Source: a bacterium
Lineage (GTDB): Bacteria; Cyanobacteriota; Vampirovibrionia; Gastranaerophilales; JAILCC01
Assembly (NCBI GenBank): GCA_024680555.1
Contig: JAILCC010000018.1
Location: forward strand, 49,174-113,173
Reading direction: 5' to 3'
DNA: 64,000 nucleotides
The notes beneath the pieces were generated by a model, which was given only the letters and a program-made list of their open reading frames with translations, searched no databases and was not told the DNA's origin. The translations under genes were made by a program, and so were the position numbers. Below, piece after piece: positions 1 through 9,063 of this stretch (position 1 is the stretch's first letter; every line of letters starts with the position of its first letter).

Positions 1-471
1 GGAAACAATAACCTTGTATTGGTCGGCAGAGCGAAAGAAACTATCGTTCTTTCAAGCGGTGAAAATGTTGAGCCTATCCCCATTGAAGAAGCAATTCTCG
101 GCAGTCCTTATATTGACCAGATTGTACTTGTCGGACAGGATAAAAGCAGTATTGGAGCGCTGGTTGTTCCTTCTCAAAAGGCACTTGAAAAATGCGGAGT
201 TCTTGCAAAAGAATTGAAATCGGGTAAGAACCTTGAAATTAAGAACCCTGCTTTGCACGAACTTATCAAAAAAGAAATATCTTCATATATCAAAAACAAA
301 AGAGGTTTGAAGCCGTTTGAAAAAGTAAAACAGTTTGAAGTTTTGTCTGATTCGTTCAGTGTTGACAACGGTATGATGGCACAATCATTGAAAATCAAAC
401 GTAATAACGTTTTTGAAAAATATAAAGATGTAATTTCAAAAATGTTCGACAAAGAAAAAGTCGGGAAATAA
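1..471 (+). CDS. AMP-dependent acyl-CoA synthetase/ligase, C-terminal fragment (5' end outside window)
   Basis: Frame is open from base 1. 'GRAKETIVLSSGENVEPIPIEEAIL...KIKRNNVFEKY' looks like the C-terminal subdomain of long-chain fatty-acid-CoA ligases. Confidence 0.7.
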   Translation, partial: GNNNLVLVGRAKETIVLSSGENVEPIPIEEAILGSPYIDQIVLVGQDKSSIGALVVPSQKALEKCGVLAKELKSGKNLEIKNPALHELIKKEISSYIKNKRGLKPFEKVKQFEVLSDSFSVDNGMMAQSLKIKRNNVFEKYKDVISKMFDKEKVGK

Positions 472-483
472 CAATAAAGACAA

Positions 484-516
484 TAAAAAGGCTTGCGTTA
501 TCGCAAGCCTTTTTTG
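484..516. terminator. Bidirectional intrinsic terminator between convergent acyl-CoA ligase and metG
   Basis: 9-bp stem AGGCTTGCG/CGCAAGCCT with a 4-nt loop, A-run upstream and T-run downstream. Confidence 0.8.
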
Positions 517-533
517 TATTTGATAAACATTGA

Positions 534-2093
534 TTATTTCTTTTTATCTTTTGCTATTTCGGAATCTAATCTCAAAAAGACCGGGCTGATGGTATCTTTT
601 GTTGCTATTTGCCCTTCTTTTATTGTCAAGGTTTTTAGGTCAGCGAGTTTTATGCCTTTTATTTCACCCTCAAAGCCTAACTGTGTATAGATTTTTTGTG
701 CAATATTAGGAATAACCGGATATAACAGAACGCTTGCATACTTCATCACTTCAAGAACTGAATACAAAACCTTTTCGCATTCGTTAAGGTCTGTTTTTGC
801 AAGACTCCAGGGCGCTTTGTCATTAACGTACTTGTTTGCTGCATCTACGAGGGTTATGACTTTTTCAATAGCTTCGGTGACTTCGTAATAATCAAACTTC
901 CTTTCAACATCTGAGACTGTTTCGTTGCATAATTTCAATAAGTCTGCATCCATTGTGCGGTTGGAGATTTTGCCGTCAAAGTATTTAACAAGCATTGAAA
1001 GGGTGCGGTTTAAAAGGTTGCCAAGGTTGTTGGCGAGGTCGGCATTGACTTTTGACTTGAATTCTTCGTCGCTGTAATTGCCGTCTTTGCCGAATGATGC
1101 AGTTGTCATCAAGAAATATCTTATTGCATCGGCATCCTGTAATTCAAAAGTTTGCATCAGTGTGTCAATGCTTATTACGTTTCCAAGAGATTTACTCATT
1201 TTTGTTTCGTCAATAGTTATCCATCCGTGAGCAAAGATTGATTTTGGCAGCTCAATACCCAATGCCATCAAAAATGCTATCCAGTATATAGAGTGGAATT
1301 TCAAAATATCTTTGCCGATAACGTGAACATCACAAGGCCAATATTTGTTGAATTTTTCTTTGTCGTCCAGAACTCCTACGCCTGTGATGTAGTTTGTCAA
1401 AGCGTCTATCCATACATATATGCCCTGTTCGGAATCAGATGGCACGTCTATGCTCCAGCTTACGGACTCTTTTGAACGTGAAACACTTATATCTTCAATA
1501 TCTTTCAATTGGTTTAATATTTCATTTGCTCTTGACTGCGGAAGAATAAAATTCGGGTTTTTCTTTATGTGTTCTGCAATTGCATCCTTGTATTTTGAAA
1601 GCTTGAAAAAGTAGTTTTCTTCTTTAACTTCCTCGGGTTTCTTTTGGTGGATAGGGCAGCAGCCGTTTTCATCAAGTTCCCTTGGGGATAAGAAACACTC
1701 GCATCCTGCGCAATATAGTCCTGTATATGAGCTTTTGTATATATCACCTTTTTTCAAAAGTTCTTCAAATGCCCATTGAACAACTTTTTCGTGGTCGGCA
1801 TCAGTTGTTCTGATGTATCTGTCATAATCAATATCGGCTTTTTTCCACGCTTTTTTAAATTCGTTGCTTGTGTTGTCGCAGTGTTCCTTTGGCTGAATTC
1901 CGTTTTCGGCAGCTGTTTTTTGAATTTTAATACCGTGTTCATCAGAACCGGTAAGGAAAAATACATCTTTCCCTCTTTGTTTGAAATGTCTTGCGATAAC
2001 ATCTGTTGCTATTTTTTCATAAGCATGACCAATGTGGGGAAGTCCGTTCACATAGTCAATTGCGGTTGTTATATAAAAAGTTTCTTTTTCCAT
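534..2093 (-). CDS. metG: Methionyl-tRNA synthetase
   Basis: Class I HIGH motif (PHIGHAYE), KMSKS motif (KMSKSLGNV) and a zinc knuckle CAGCECF...CCPIH. Confidence 0.95.
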   Translation of the reverse strand: MEKETFYITTAIDYVNGLPHIGHAYEKIATDVIARHFKQRGKDVFFLTGSDEHGIKIQKTAAENGIQPKEHCDNTSNEFKKAWKKADIDYDRYIRTTDADHEKVVQWAFEELLKKGDIYKSSYTGLYCAGCECFLSPRELDENGCCPIHQKKPEEVKEENYFFKLSKYKDAIAEHIKKNPNFILPQSRANEILNQLKDIEDISVSRSKESVSWSIDVPSDSEQGIYVWIDALTNYITGVGVLDDKEKFNKYWPCDVHVIGKDILKFHSIYWIAFLMALGIELPKSIFAHGWITIDETKMSKSLGNVISIDTLMQTFELQDADAIRYFLMTTASFGKDGNYSDEEFKSKVNADLANNLGNLLNRTLSMLVKYFDGKISNRTMDADLLKLCNETVSDVERKFDYYEVTEAIEKVITLVDAANKYVNDKAPWSLAKTDLNECEKVLYSVLEVMKYASVLLYPVIPNIAQKIYTQLGFEGEIKGIKLADLKTLTIKEGQIATKDTISPVFLRLDSEIAKDKKK

Positions 2094-2103
2094 TTTTTTG
2101 TCC

Positions 2104-2373
2104 CTAAATATAAGCTATAAGCAATACTAAAACGTAATTTATTACATAAAGTGCAAGAAATGCAAAAATTGGTGAAAAATCCAGCCCACCTATTGGCGGA
2201 ATAAATTTTCTAAACGGTTCCAAAATAGGATCGGTAATTTCTTTTAAAGTCTTAAAAGGCTGGTCGTACCAATTTATGTTCGGGAACCATGTTAATAAAA
2301 TTCTTGCTATCAATATCCAAAAAAGTATTTGGAAAAATAAGTTTATACCTTGTATCAGCAGCGCTTTTAACAT
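2104..2373 (-). CDS. yggT: YggT/Ycf19 family membrane protein
   Basis: 89 aa with two TM segments. 'ARILLTWFP...DPILEPFRKFIPPIGGLDFSPI' is typical of the YGGT family. Confidence 0.8.
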   Translation of the reverse strand: MLKALLIQGINLFFQILFWILIARILLTWFPNINWYDQPFKTLKEITDPILEPFRKFIPPIGGLDFSPIFAFLALYVINYVLVLLIAYI

Positions 2374-2376
2374 GAT

Positions 2377-3186
2377 TTACACCCTGCCTTTCGCTAAAGT
2401 TTTTGCACATTCGCAGTGATTTTGTTCGTCGGGTATTTGTTCAACCAATTCAAACAGAACTTTTTTAAGATTTGCGATATTTGCATTAAATATATCAATA
2501 ACGGCTTTGTGGTTTACGGGTTCCGTATCGCTGACAAGTCCCGCATCATAATCAGTAACGAGCGAAATGTTCAGCGGACACATATCTAATTCTCTGACAA
2601 GGTAGCTTTCGGGGTAATTTGTCATACCAATTACGCTCCAACCTTGCGAAGTAAAGAATTTAGACTCTGCTTTTGTGCTGAATCTCGGACCGTTTATGAC
2701 GAGCATTGTTCCTGTTTCATGAACAGTTACTCCGTTATTTTTTGCAACTTTTATTGCAAGTTCCCTTAATTCGGGGCAATAAGGATCAGCTACGCTGATA
2801 TGAGTGCATATTGGACCTTCATAAAAAGTATCTTTTCTACCGGATGTAAAATTAACAAACTGGTCGCATATTACGAAATCTCCGGGGGCGATTTCTTTTT
2901 GCAAACTTCCTACGGCGCAGGGTGAAATTACTCTTTTGCAGCCGAGAGCTTTCATTGCCCATACGTTTGCTCTGAAGTTGATTTGGTGAGGCAGGATATC
3001 GTGATTTCTCCCATGTCTTGGCAAAAAGGCAACTTTTTTATTCCCGATACTGCCGAGCATAATCTTGTCAGAAGGTTTTCCGTAAGGGGTTTCCACCTTT
3101 ATTTCTTCTATATCATCCAAAAATTTATAAAAACCGCTTCCGCCAAAAATACCTATTTGGGCTCTTTCTTCACATTCAAAAACCAT
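2377..3186 (-). CDS. mtnP: S-methyl-5'-thioadenosine phosphorylase (purine nucleoside phosphorylase family)
   Basis: 'IGIFGGSGFY...LPRHGRNH...INFRANVWAMKALG' is a PNP/MTAP signature. Start moved to the internal ATG at 3186, which follows a GGAG RBS. Confidence 0.85.
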   Translation of the reverse strand: MVFECEERAQIGIFGGSGFYKFLDDIEEIKVETPYGKPSDKIMLGSIGNKKVAFLPRHGRNHDILPHQINFRANVWAMKALGCKRVISPCAVGSLQKEIAPGDFVICDQFVNFTSGRKDTFYEGPICTHISVADPYCPELRELAIKVAKNNGVTVHETGTMLVINGPRFSTKAESKFFTSQGWSVIGMTNYPESYLVRELDMCPLNISLVTDYDAGLVSDTEPVNHKAVIDIFNANIANLKKVLFELVEQIPDEQNHCECAKTLAKGRV

Positions 3187-3322
3187 AATTTTACTCCGAA
3201 ACACTTTTACGGGTTTATTATAGCACAAAATATACCAACCATTAAACCTTTAAAATACTAATAAAAAAGCAACGCATTTAGCGTTGCTTCTTATTAAATT
3301 ATTTCTGTACGTGTGCTGATTA

Positions 3323-3748
3323 TTATGCTTGCATATTGAGCGATGTGCCTTTTTGTCCGCTTGCACCGCCTGCTTGTATGTATTTTTTCTTGAGATCTGA
3401 TTCTACTGAAACTTTGCTTTCTCCTGTTTGTTTGCAAATATCTTTTACAACATCGTCGAATTTCTTTCCATTTGTTGCAAAATCTTGTCCTTTAAATTCT
3501 ACGCTGTTTGGTAATTGGATATCGTTGTTTTTGAAGCCGTTGTTGTAAACATAGTTTATCAAGCTTGATGAATCCATGTTTGCTACATCTGCTTTTTGTT
3601 CTGTTTTTTGTGATTGTGAGTTTGCGAAAATTGAATTTGTAGCACCTGATTTTTGTGCTGCACCCGATTTTTGAGTACTTTGAGTACTCATGATGTCTTT
3701 CATACCACCGATTTTGGTTTTGGATAAAAAGTCTACGCCTACTGCCAT
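3323..3748 (-). CDS. Hypothetical protein, Ser/Gln/Thr-rich low-complexity N-half
   Basis: 141-aa ORF with GAGGAG RBS-like sequence upstream and a hairpin terminator downstream (3268-3293). No recognisable domain. Confidence 0.5.
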   Translation of the reverse strand: MAVGVDFLSKTKIGGMKDIMSTQSTQKSGAAQKSGATNSIFANSQSQKTEQKADVANMDSSSLINYVYNNGFKNNDIQLPNSVEFKGQDFATNGKKFDDVVKDICKQTGESKVSVESDLKKKYIQAGGASGQKGTSLNMQA

Positions 3749-3939
3749 AGGGAATCTCCTCTCTTATAAAATTGTAAATATAGTCATGCTATCTCTCTAT
3801 ACTTCAATAAAAAATTTTATATACTCTTTATTGCTTTTTTCTTGACGTAATATGTAGTTTTGTTAAGAAAAAATTTAACACCCAAATAGCAAAATTTTTT
3901 TTGGGAAACATTATATATAAACAGCAAGAGTGGTTTTTT

Positions 3940-4248
3940 ATGAATATAAATAAAATTTGTTTAAATACAAATTTCGGTGTTCATCTGACGGACAGTGCCA
4001 AAAAAATGATGAAAGATGGCGGTGCTACCGATTTTGAATTGGATACTTTGCCGTGCAAAATGCCGACTGATGCAGTTATTGATATTGATAAAACAAACGG
4101 AAACGCATATATAAAAGGATATTATGCGACATTAAGACTTGAAAAACCGGGACTCACAATGGAAGATGTGGAAAATTTGTGTGAGGCGTACAACATAAAG
4201 AAATATTTTTCCGTAGATTCGGCTGCGGATGCACGTAAATATTTTTAA
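3940..4248 (+). CDS. Hypothetical protein
   Basis: ORF only, no recognisable domain. Start placed at the first ATG (the track start is TTG at 3901). Confidence 0.4.
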   Translation: MNINKICLNTNFGVHLTDSAKKMMKDGGATDFELDTLPCKMPTDAVIDIDKTNGNAYIKGYYATLRLEKPGLTMEDVENLCEAYNIKKYFSVDSAADARKYF

Positions 4249-4316
4249 TGTATTTCTTGCCACGTAGACTGAACATAATGTATATATAAAATTGTAGGGT
4301 ATAGAGAGGCTAAAAA

Positions 4317-4781
4317 ATGCTTATTTTAGGCATAGATCCCGGAATAGCAATAACTGGGTACGGACTGCTGGAATGCAGTGGGGATAGCGTAAAAGTAGTT
4401 GCATCTGGTTCAATTCAAACATCTAAAAGTAAAACCACACAAGAAAGATTGGCGGAATTGTATGCCGATATGATTGAAATTATTAAAACCCACAAACCCG
4501 ACATTGCCTCAATAGAACAGCTTTTTTATTTTAAAAATTTAAAAACGGTTATCCCTGTTGCGCAGGCAAGAGGGGTGATAATTATGGCTCTTGCGCAAAA
4601 TAATGTAGAACTCGCAGAATATACTCCGTTGCAGGTAAAGCAGACTATAACCGGTTTTGGGCGTGCAACAAAAGATGAAGTTAAACAAATGACTGCTATT
4701 GCGCTAAATCAAGAAATGCCAAAGCTCGATGATACGGTAGATGCAATAGCTATTGCATTATGTCATTACAGAAATTTGTGA
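4317..4781 (+). CDS. ruvC: Holliday junction resolvase RuvC
   Basis: 'ILGIDPGIAITGYG' N-terminus with catalytic Asp, and 'DDTVDAIAIALCH' C-terminal acidic motif. Confidence 0.9.
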   Translation: MLILGIDPGIAITGYGLLECSGDSVKVVASGSIQTSKSKTTQERLAELYADMIEIIKTHKPDIASIEQLFYFKNLKTVIPVAQARGVIIMALAQNNVELAEYTPLQVKQTITGFGRATKDEVKQMTAIALNQEMPKLDDTVDAIAIALCHYRNL

Positions 4782-4783
4782 TA

Positions 4784-5830
4784 TTAAACGTTGCGAAAAT
4801 TTTTTAAATTTTCAATTGCTATCTGAATTTTCTGCTTATCATCTTTGAGTTGCTTTTCGTACTCATCCCATTTTACTTCGGGTGTAGGGTATTTTTCTTT
4901 GTTTTCAGGCAGTTTTATTATATCAACTTCTATTAATTTTAGAGCTTCATTATAATCAGCTAAGGCCCCTTCATAGTCTCCGATATTTTCTTTTATGATT
5001 CCCATTTTCTGATAAGTATCGTAAAAATCTCCGATAGAGCTTTCTTTGTTTTTGCTGATATATATATCAAAATCTCTTAATGCCCTTTCATAATCGCCAA
5101 GTTCCAAATACAATGAACCTCTCTCAGAATAAGCATAATCCATGACCTCATCATCGGGTGAACATTCTATTGCTTTATTAATGCAATCAAGCGCTTCTTG
5201 TTTTTTGCCTTCTTGTGAGAAAAGGTCATACTTTCTGTAGTAAGCGGTACTATTACGGTCATTTATTTGCAAAACCTTATCATAATTTTCATGTGCCGCT
5301 TTTATATCTTTAAGTGCTTCATACGCAAGTCCCAAATGTAAATATGCATACTCATTGTCGGGATATATTTCAAGAAGCGCATTACAATCTTCAACAATTT
5401 CTTTATCACTATTCTGTTGATGCCAATTCGCTTCTATTTTTTGTTTGTATATTTCCGCCAATTCATCTTTATCGGTAGCAAGACGCATCGCCGCATATAA
5501 ATCCGTAAGTGCTCCGTCATAATCTTCTATTGAAAAAGAATTTTTAATTTTTGCACTTATAATATATCTTTGTGCGGAAGGCTCCATCTCAATTGCTTTT
5601 GTTATGTTTTCAAGGGCATCATTTTCACGATAATGTTTTAAACAAATGTCTGCCTTTTGGGTAAATTCTTCCGGTGTTTTGGGCTTGAAATTAAACATAT
5701 AATCCAATTCTGACATATAAGTTTTATCAACAGGACTACTAGTGCTCTTAGAATTTTGCCATTTTCCGAGAATAATACCTACAGGTATTGCGACTATCAA
5801 TACACATATAATTTCAAACAAATCATCCAT
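4784..5830 (-). CDS. Membrane-anchored tetratricopeptide-repeat (TPR) protein
   Basis: N-terminal TM helix (ICVLIVAIPVGIILG) followed by repeated 34-aa A/Y/L-pattern TPR units (…YAYLHLGLAYEALKDIKAAHENYDKVLQI…). Confidence 0.8.
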   Translation of the reverse strand: MDDLFEIICVLIVAIPVGIILGKWQNSKSTSSPVDKTYMSELDYMFNFKPKTPEEFTQKADICLKHYRENDALENITKAIEMEPSAQRYIISAKIKNSFSIEDYDGALTDLYAAMRLATDKDELAEIYKQKIEANWHQQNSDKEIVEDCNALLEIYPDNEYAYLHLGLAYEALKDIKAAHENYDKVLQINDRNSTAYYRKYDLFSQEGKKQEALDCINKAIECSPDDEVMDYAYSERGSLYLELGDYERALRDFDIYISKNKESSIGDFYDTYQKMGIIKENIGDYEGALADYNEALKLIEVDIIKLPENKEKYPTPEVKWDEYEKQLKDDKQKIQIAIENLKNFRNV

Positions 5831-5854
5831 ATAAAATCTTTCTTCTTGTTATTT

Positions 5855-8800
5855 TTATATTTTCATTTCAACAAGTGCATGTTTAATTTTTGCAATACAT
5901 GCCTGAGGACTATAATACCATTCTCTTGCAGTAATACGAAGTATTTTAAAGCCGCAGCGCTCTAAGATTTCTTGTTTATAACTCGGGCGAACAGGTTTTT
6001 CGATTTCATCATCAACGCCGTCGCATTCTACGGCAATTTTGTTTTCCCCATCAGAAACGATTAAATCTATTCTTAACCCTGCGGTTTCAAATCCTGAAAT
6101 GATTTCAAGACCTTCTTCAGCGCAAGTTGTTGCAACGGATTGTTCAAAACTGTTGTTGTAATCATAGTCCTGCACCTCAAGTTCGGGAGTATTTTCGTTC
6201 TTTTCTTTTAAATCTTGAATATAGTTCAAAAAGTCACGCAAAAGACCGGATGGCAGGTCTTTTGCCTCTTTTGAACAAAATACAATGAGCTTTTTCCTTG
6301 CACGAGTGATAGCCACGTTAAACAGATTGGCTTTTTGTAAAAACATCAGGCTTTGGTTGTGACTGTTATCCGCAATGGCAAATGAGAGCATCATTATATC
6401 TCTTTCATCACCCTGGAATGTATGTGCCGTACCGATATCAATTTGGTGTTTGCGTACAAATTTGTCGGGAATAATTTGTGATACGGCTTTTTTAATTTGT
6501 TCTACCTGTCCTCTAAACGGTGAAATTATACCGATAGAAACAGGGTTTTTGGGTTTAGTTTCCGCATCCTGTGCAATTATTTCCTGCAATTTTTTTATGA
6601 GTTCTTCGGTTTCGGCAAGGTTCTTTGTCGTGTCTAAATCGACTTTTGCGCCTTTGACCGTAACGAGTTCAATGACATCTTTCAGGTTTGTTTCTTTGTT
6701 CATAATTCGGAGTTTTCCGCCGTAGAATTGGTCGTTGCTGAAGTCAATAATCGGCGGCAGACTTCTGAAGTGTTCGTCCAAAAGTATCGGGCATGTTGAA
6801 TAATAGTTTGCTAAATCAAATACTGAATTTGTCCTAAATCTCCACATCAACTGGTATTTATCAGGAATATTGTATTGCGTAAAGAATGATTGCTCTTTTG
6901 CTTTTTCTAAGAACGAAAGGTGCGGTAATTGCTTGTCATCCCCTACTACAACCGTCTTTTTCGCTCTGTACATAATCGGAAAACAGCTTGCAATATCGCA
7001 TTGAGAAGCCTCATCAATAATTGCAACATCAAACATTCCCGGTTTCAGCGGTAAAGATTCGGAAATTGCAAAGGTAGTAACCGCCCAGCAAGGGAAAGCA
7101 TCCAATAGCGGCTGAAAATCTTCGTCTTCAAGAATTCTGTTTTGAAGATTTTTTTGGCGTGTTACGAGTGCTTTTGCATGCAGCATAAGACGTTGACGCT
7201 TTTCCTGATTTCGAGTCATATCAAGAAGCGCTTTGCGGCGTTTATTTTTCAAAATATCTATCGCAAGTTTTTTCTGCTTGCCTTTTAAGTTTCTTATTTC
7301 TTCAAAAAGTGCGTGTAGATTTCCGATTTTGTTTATTTTATTTTCTATATTTTTTAGTTTGTTGTATAGCGATTTTAGCTCTAATTCTTCGTTGATTTCA
7401 TTTACGGTATCGTGCGTAAATTTGATATTTTGGAGCATCAAACTTTTTTTCAAACGATAATTATATACAAAGTTCAATAACTTATTCCATGCATTCGGGT
7501 TGTTTTGAACATTTTCAATTTTTGACAAGATGGACTTCCCTACGGCGATATCGGCATCGGAAAGTTTTTTGTTAATGTATTCACCTTGAATTTTTGCGGC
7601 TTGGGCTTTATATTCTTCAAGTACGCAGAACCATTCATGTTCAAGCTTTATAATGTTGTCGCATTTTTTCTCTGTTTCTTTTATATTTTTCAGCAAGTTT
7701 TTCATATCATCAATATCTGCAAATAACGCACTTTCAAAGCCTGTATCAAAATCTTGATTATTTGATAGCATTTCTTGTAATTCGTGTTGCAATTGTCTTT
7801 GATAGTTTGCACGTCCTGCCCTCATAACAAGGTGCGGTGCGCCAAAGCCGTTTAGCCTGTCTGCTACAACATCTACGGCTTTATCCATTCTTGAAGCAAA
7901 CAAAACTGTTTTTCCTGTAGCAATTAAGTGAGTAATCAAGTTAACAATGGTTTGAGATTTACCTGTTCCCGGAGGTCCGAAAACCGTTACAAGGGTGTTA
8001 TCTTCTACTGCTTTTAATACGTTTTGTTGCGATTCACTTAATGATAAAGGTGTTATAGGATAAAAGTCTTCATCATTTCCGGCGGTAATTTTAACCTTTA
8101 CTCCGGTAAATTCATCGTTGATTGGTTTTAAAGATGTTTCTCTGAAAACACCCGAGGGCTTTTCCGACATTTGCGTTAATTCGTGCAAAACTCCTGCCGT
8201 AACAGGCGGACGTTTTGTCAAAATTACTGCGCTTTTGTTGGTTATGCCTATTTCACTGTCTGGTGTTGGCGGAATTTTGTCAAAAAAGTCTGCGCAGTCC
8301 GTAACGTCGAGTTCCGGAATAATAGATTTTATGGTGGTCAAAAAGATTTGCATCTTTTCTTTTGTTATCGGATAATCCGGCACAACGTCAAGAAGTCCGC
8401 AAAACAGGTTTTCTGCCTGGTCTTCATCTTTATATTCCATAAGTGCTGACAGAGCACCGGTATTTAGTGAAAAATTTTCTTCCGTTAAAATTAAGGCAAG
8501 GTTTGTTCCGCTGCGTTCAAGTTTGCAAGGAATATAAAGAAGCGGTGTCAAAAACTCCGGTGCTGATTTTCTTTTGCCTGATTTTCCTTCAAGGAACAAA
8601 AATCCGAAAATCATATACTTGTCTTTTTGACTTGTATCGCATTGAACCATCATTTCAGTCAGAGAGTTGTCCGAGCCGTCAAGTCTGAGCGGTGCATTTG
8701 GACTGATTAGCATGCCTGCGCCGCTTTCTAAAAATACCCATTTGTTGTCCTTGTCGCTGGCAAGGTTTCTGAAAGTTGAACTTTTAACTTCTTCTCTGAT

Positions 8801-8917
8801 GCAGTCGTGCAAGTACTGGCACAGACGCTTGGTAAAACTTTGCTGAAATGCATTGTTGACGTTGCTTATGAATTTTGAAACTTCTTGTACCATAGTTCTA
8901 TCCTTAATTTTAGTCAT
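5855..8917 (-). CDS. Superfamily-1 (Upf1/DNA2-like) helicase with N-terminal DUF4011-like region and C-terminal DUF559/Vsr-like endonuclease fold
   Basis: Walker A GPPGTGKSQT, motif II DEASQ, GDDKQLPH, QGDERD, NVAITRARKKL. C-terminal 'IAVECDG...ILERCGFKILRITAREW' looks like a restriction-endonuclease-like domain. A long coiled-coil insert lies between motifs I and II. Confidence 0.85.
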   Translation of the reverse strand: MTKIKDRTMVQEVSKFISNVNNAFQQSFTKRLCQYLHDCIREEVKSSTFRNLASDKDNKWVFLESGAGMLISPNAPLRLDGSDNSLTEMMVQCDTSQKDKYMIFGFLFLEGKSGKRKSAPEFLTPLLYIPCKLERSGTNLALILTEENFSLNTGALSALMEYKDEDQAENLFCGLLDVVPDYPITKEKMQIFLTTIKSIIPELDVTDCADFFDKIPPTPDSEIGITNKSAVILTKRPPVTAGVLHELTQMSEKPSGVFRETSLKPINDEFTGVKVKITAGNDEDFYPITPLSLSESQQNVLKAVEDNTLVTVFGPPGTGKSQTIVNLITHLIATGKTVLFASRMDKAVDVVADRLNGFGAPHLVMRAGRANYQRQLQHELQEMLSNNQDFDTGFESALFADIDDMKNLLKNIKETEKKCDNIIKLEHEWFCVLEEYKAQAAKIQGEYINKKLSDADIAVGKSILSKIENVQNNPNAWNKLLNFVYNYRLKKSLMLQNIKFTHDTVNEINEELELKSLYNKLKNIENKINKIGNLHALFEEIRNLKGKQKKLAIDILKNKRRKALLDMTRNQEKRQRLMLHAKALVTRQKNLQNRILEDEDFQPLLDAFPCWAVTTFAISESLPLKPGMFDVAIIDEASQCDIASCFPIMYRAKKTVVVGDDKQLPHLSFLEKAKEQSFFTQYNIPDKYQLMWRFRTNSVFDLANYYSTCPILLDEHFRSLPPIIDFSNDQFYGGKLRIMNKETNLKDVIELVTVKGAKVDLDTTKNLAETEELIKKLQEIIAQDAETKPKNPVSIGIISPFRGQVEQIKKAVSQIIPDKFVRKHQIDIGTAHTFQGDERDIMMLSFAIADNSHNQSLMFLQKANLFNVAITRARKKLIVFCSKEAKDLPSGLLRDFLNYIQDLKEKNENTPELEVQDYDYNNSFEQSVATTCAEEGLEIISGFETAGLRIDLIVSDGENKIAVECDGVDDEIEKPVRPSYKQEILERCGFKILRITAREWYYSPQACIAKIKHALVEMKI

Positions 8918-9063
8918 ATAGAAATATTATACAAATTTGTCAAATCTAAGTCCATAAACTATTTAGAGGAATATTCTCGAATAATGTAAACCTTTCTTTA
9001 TAAAATCTTTTATTCGACCTTTTGGCGTGATAATATTTTTACAGAGGAAGGTTTTGATAGGAT

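Noticed and set aside
4455-4480. GCCGATAT inside ruvC as a fourth sigma-28 -10 element (also AATGCCGATAT at about 63735-63745 inside the trmH-like gene, and a partial reverse hit at about 37160-37185 in tolC)
   Set aside because: There is no acceptable TAAAGTTT-like -35 at N11-12. All lie inside coding sequence with no downstream ORF start. They are treated as chance half-sites.
8918-9063. Possible regulatory element in the divergent helicase/dnaE spacer
   Set aside because: I see only an extended -10-like TGATAATAT and AT-rich sequence. There are no repeats or conserved motif I could support.
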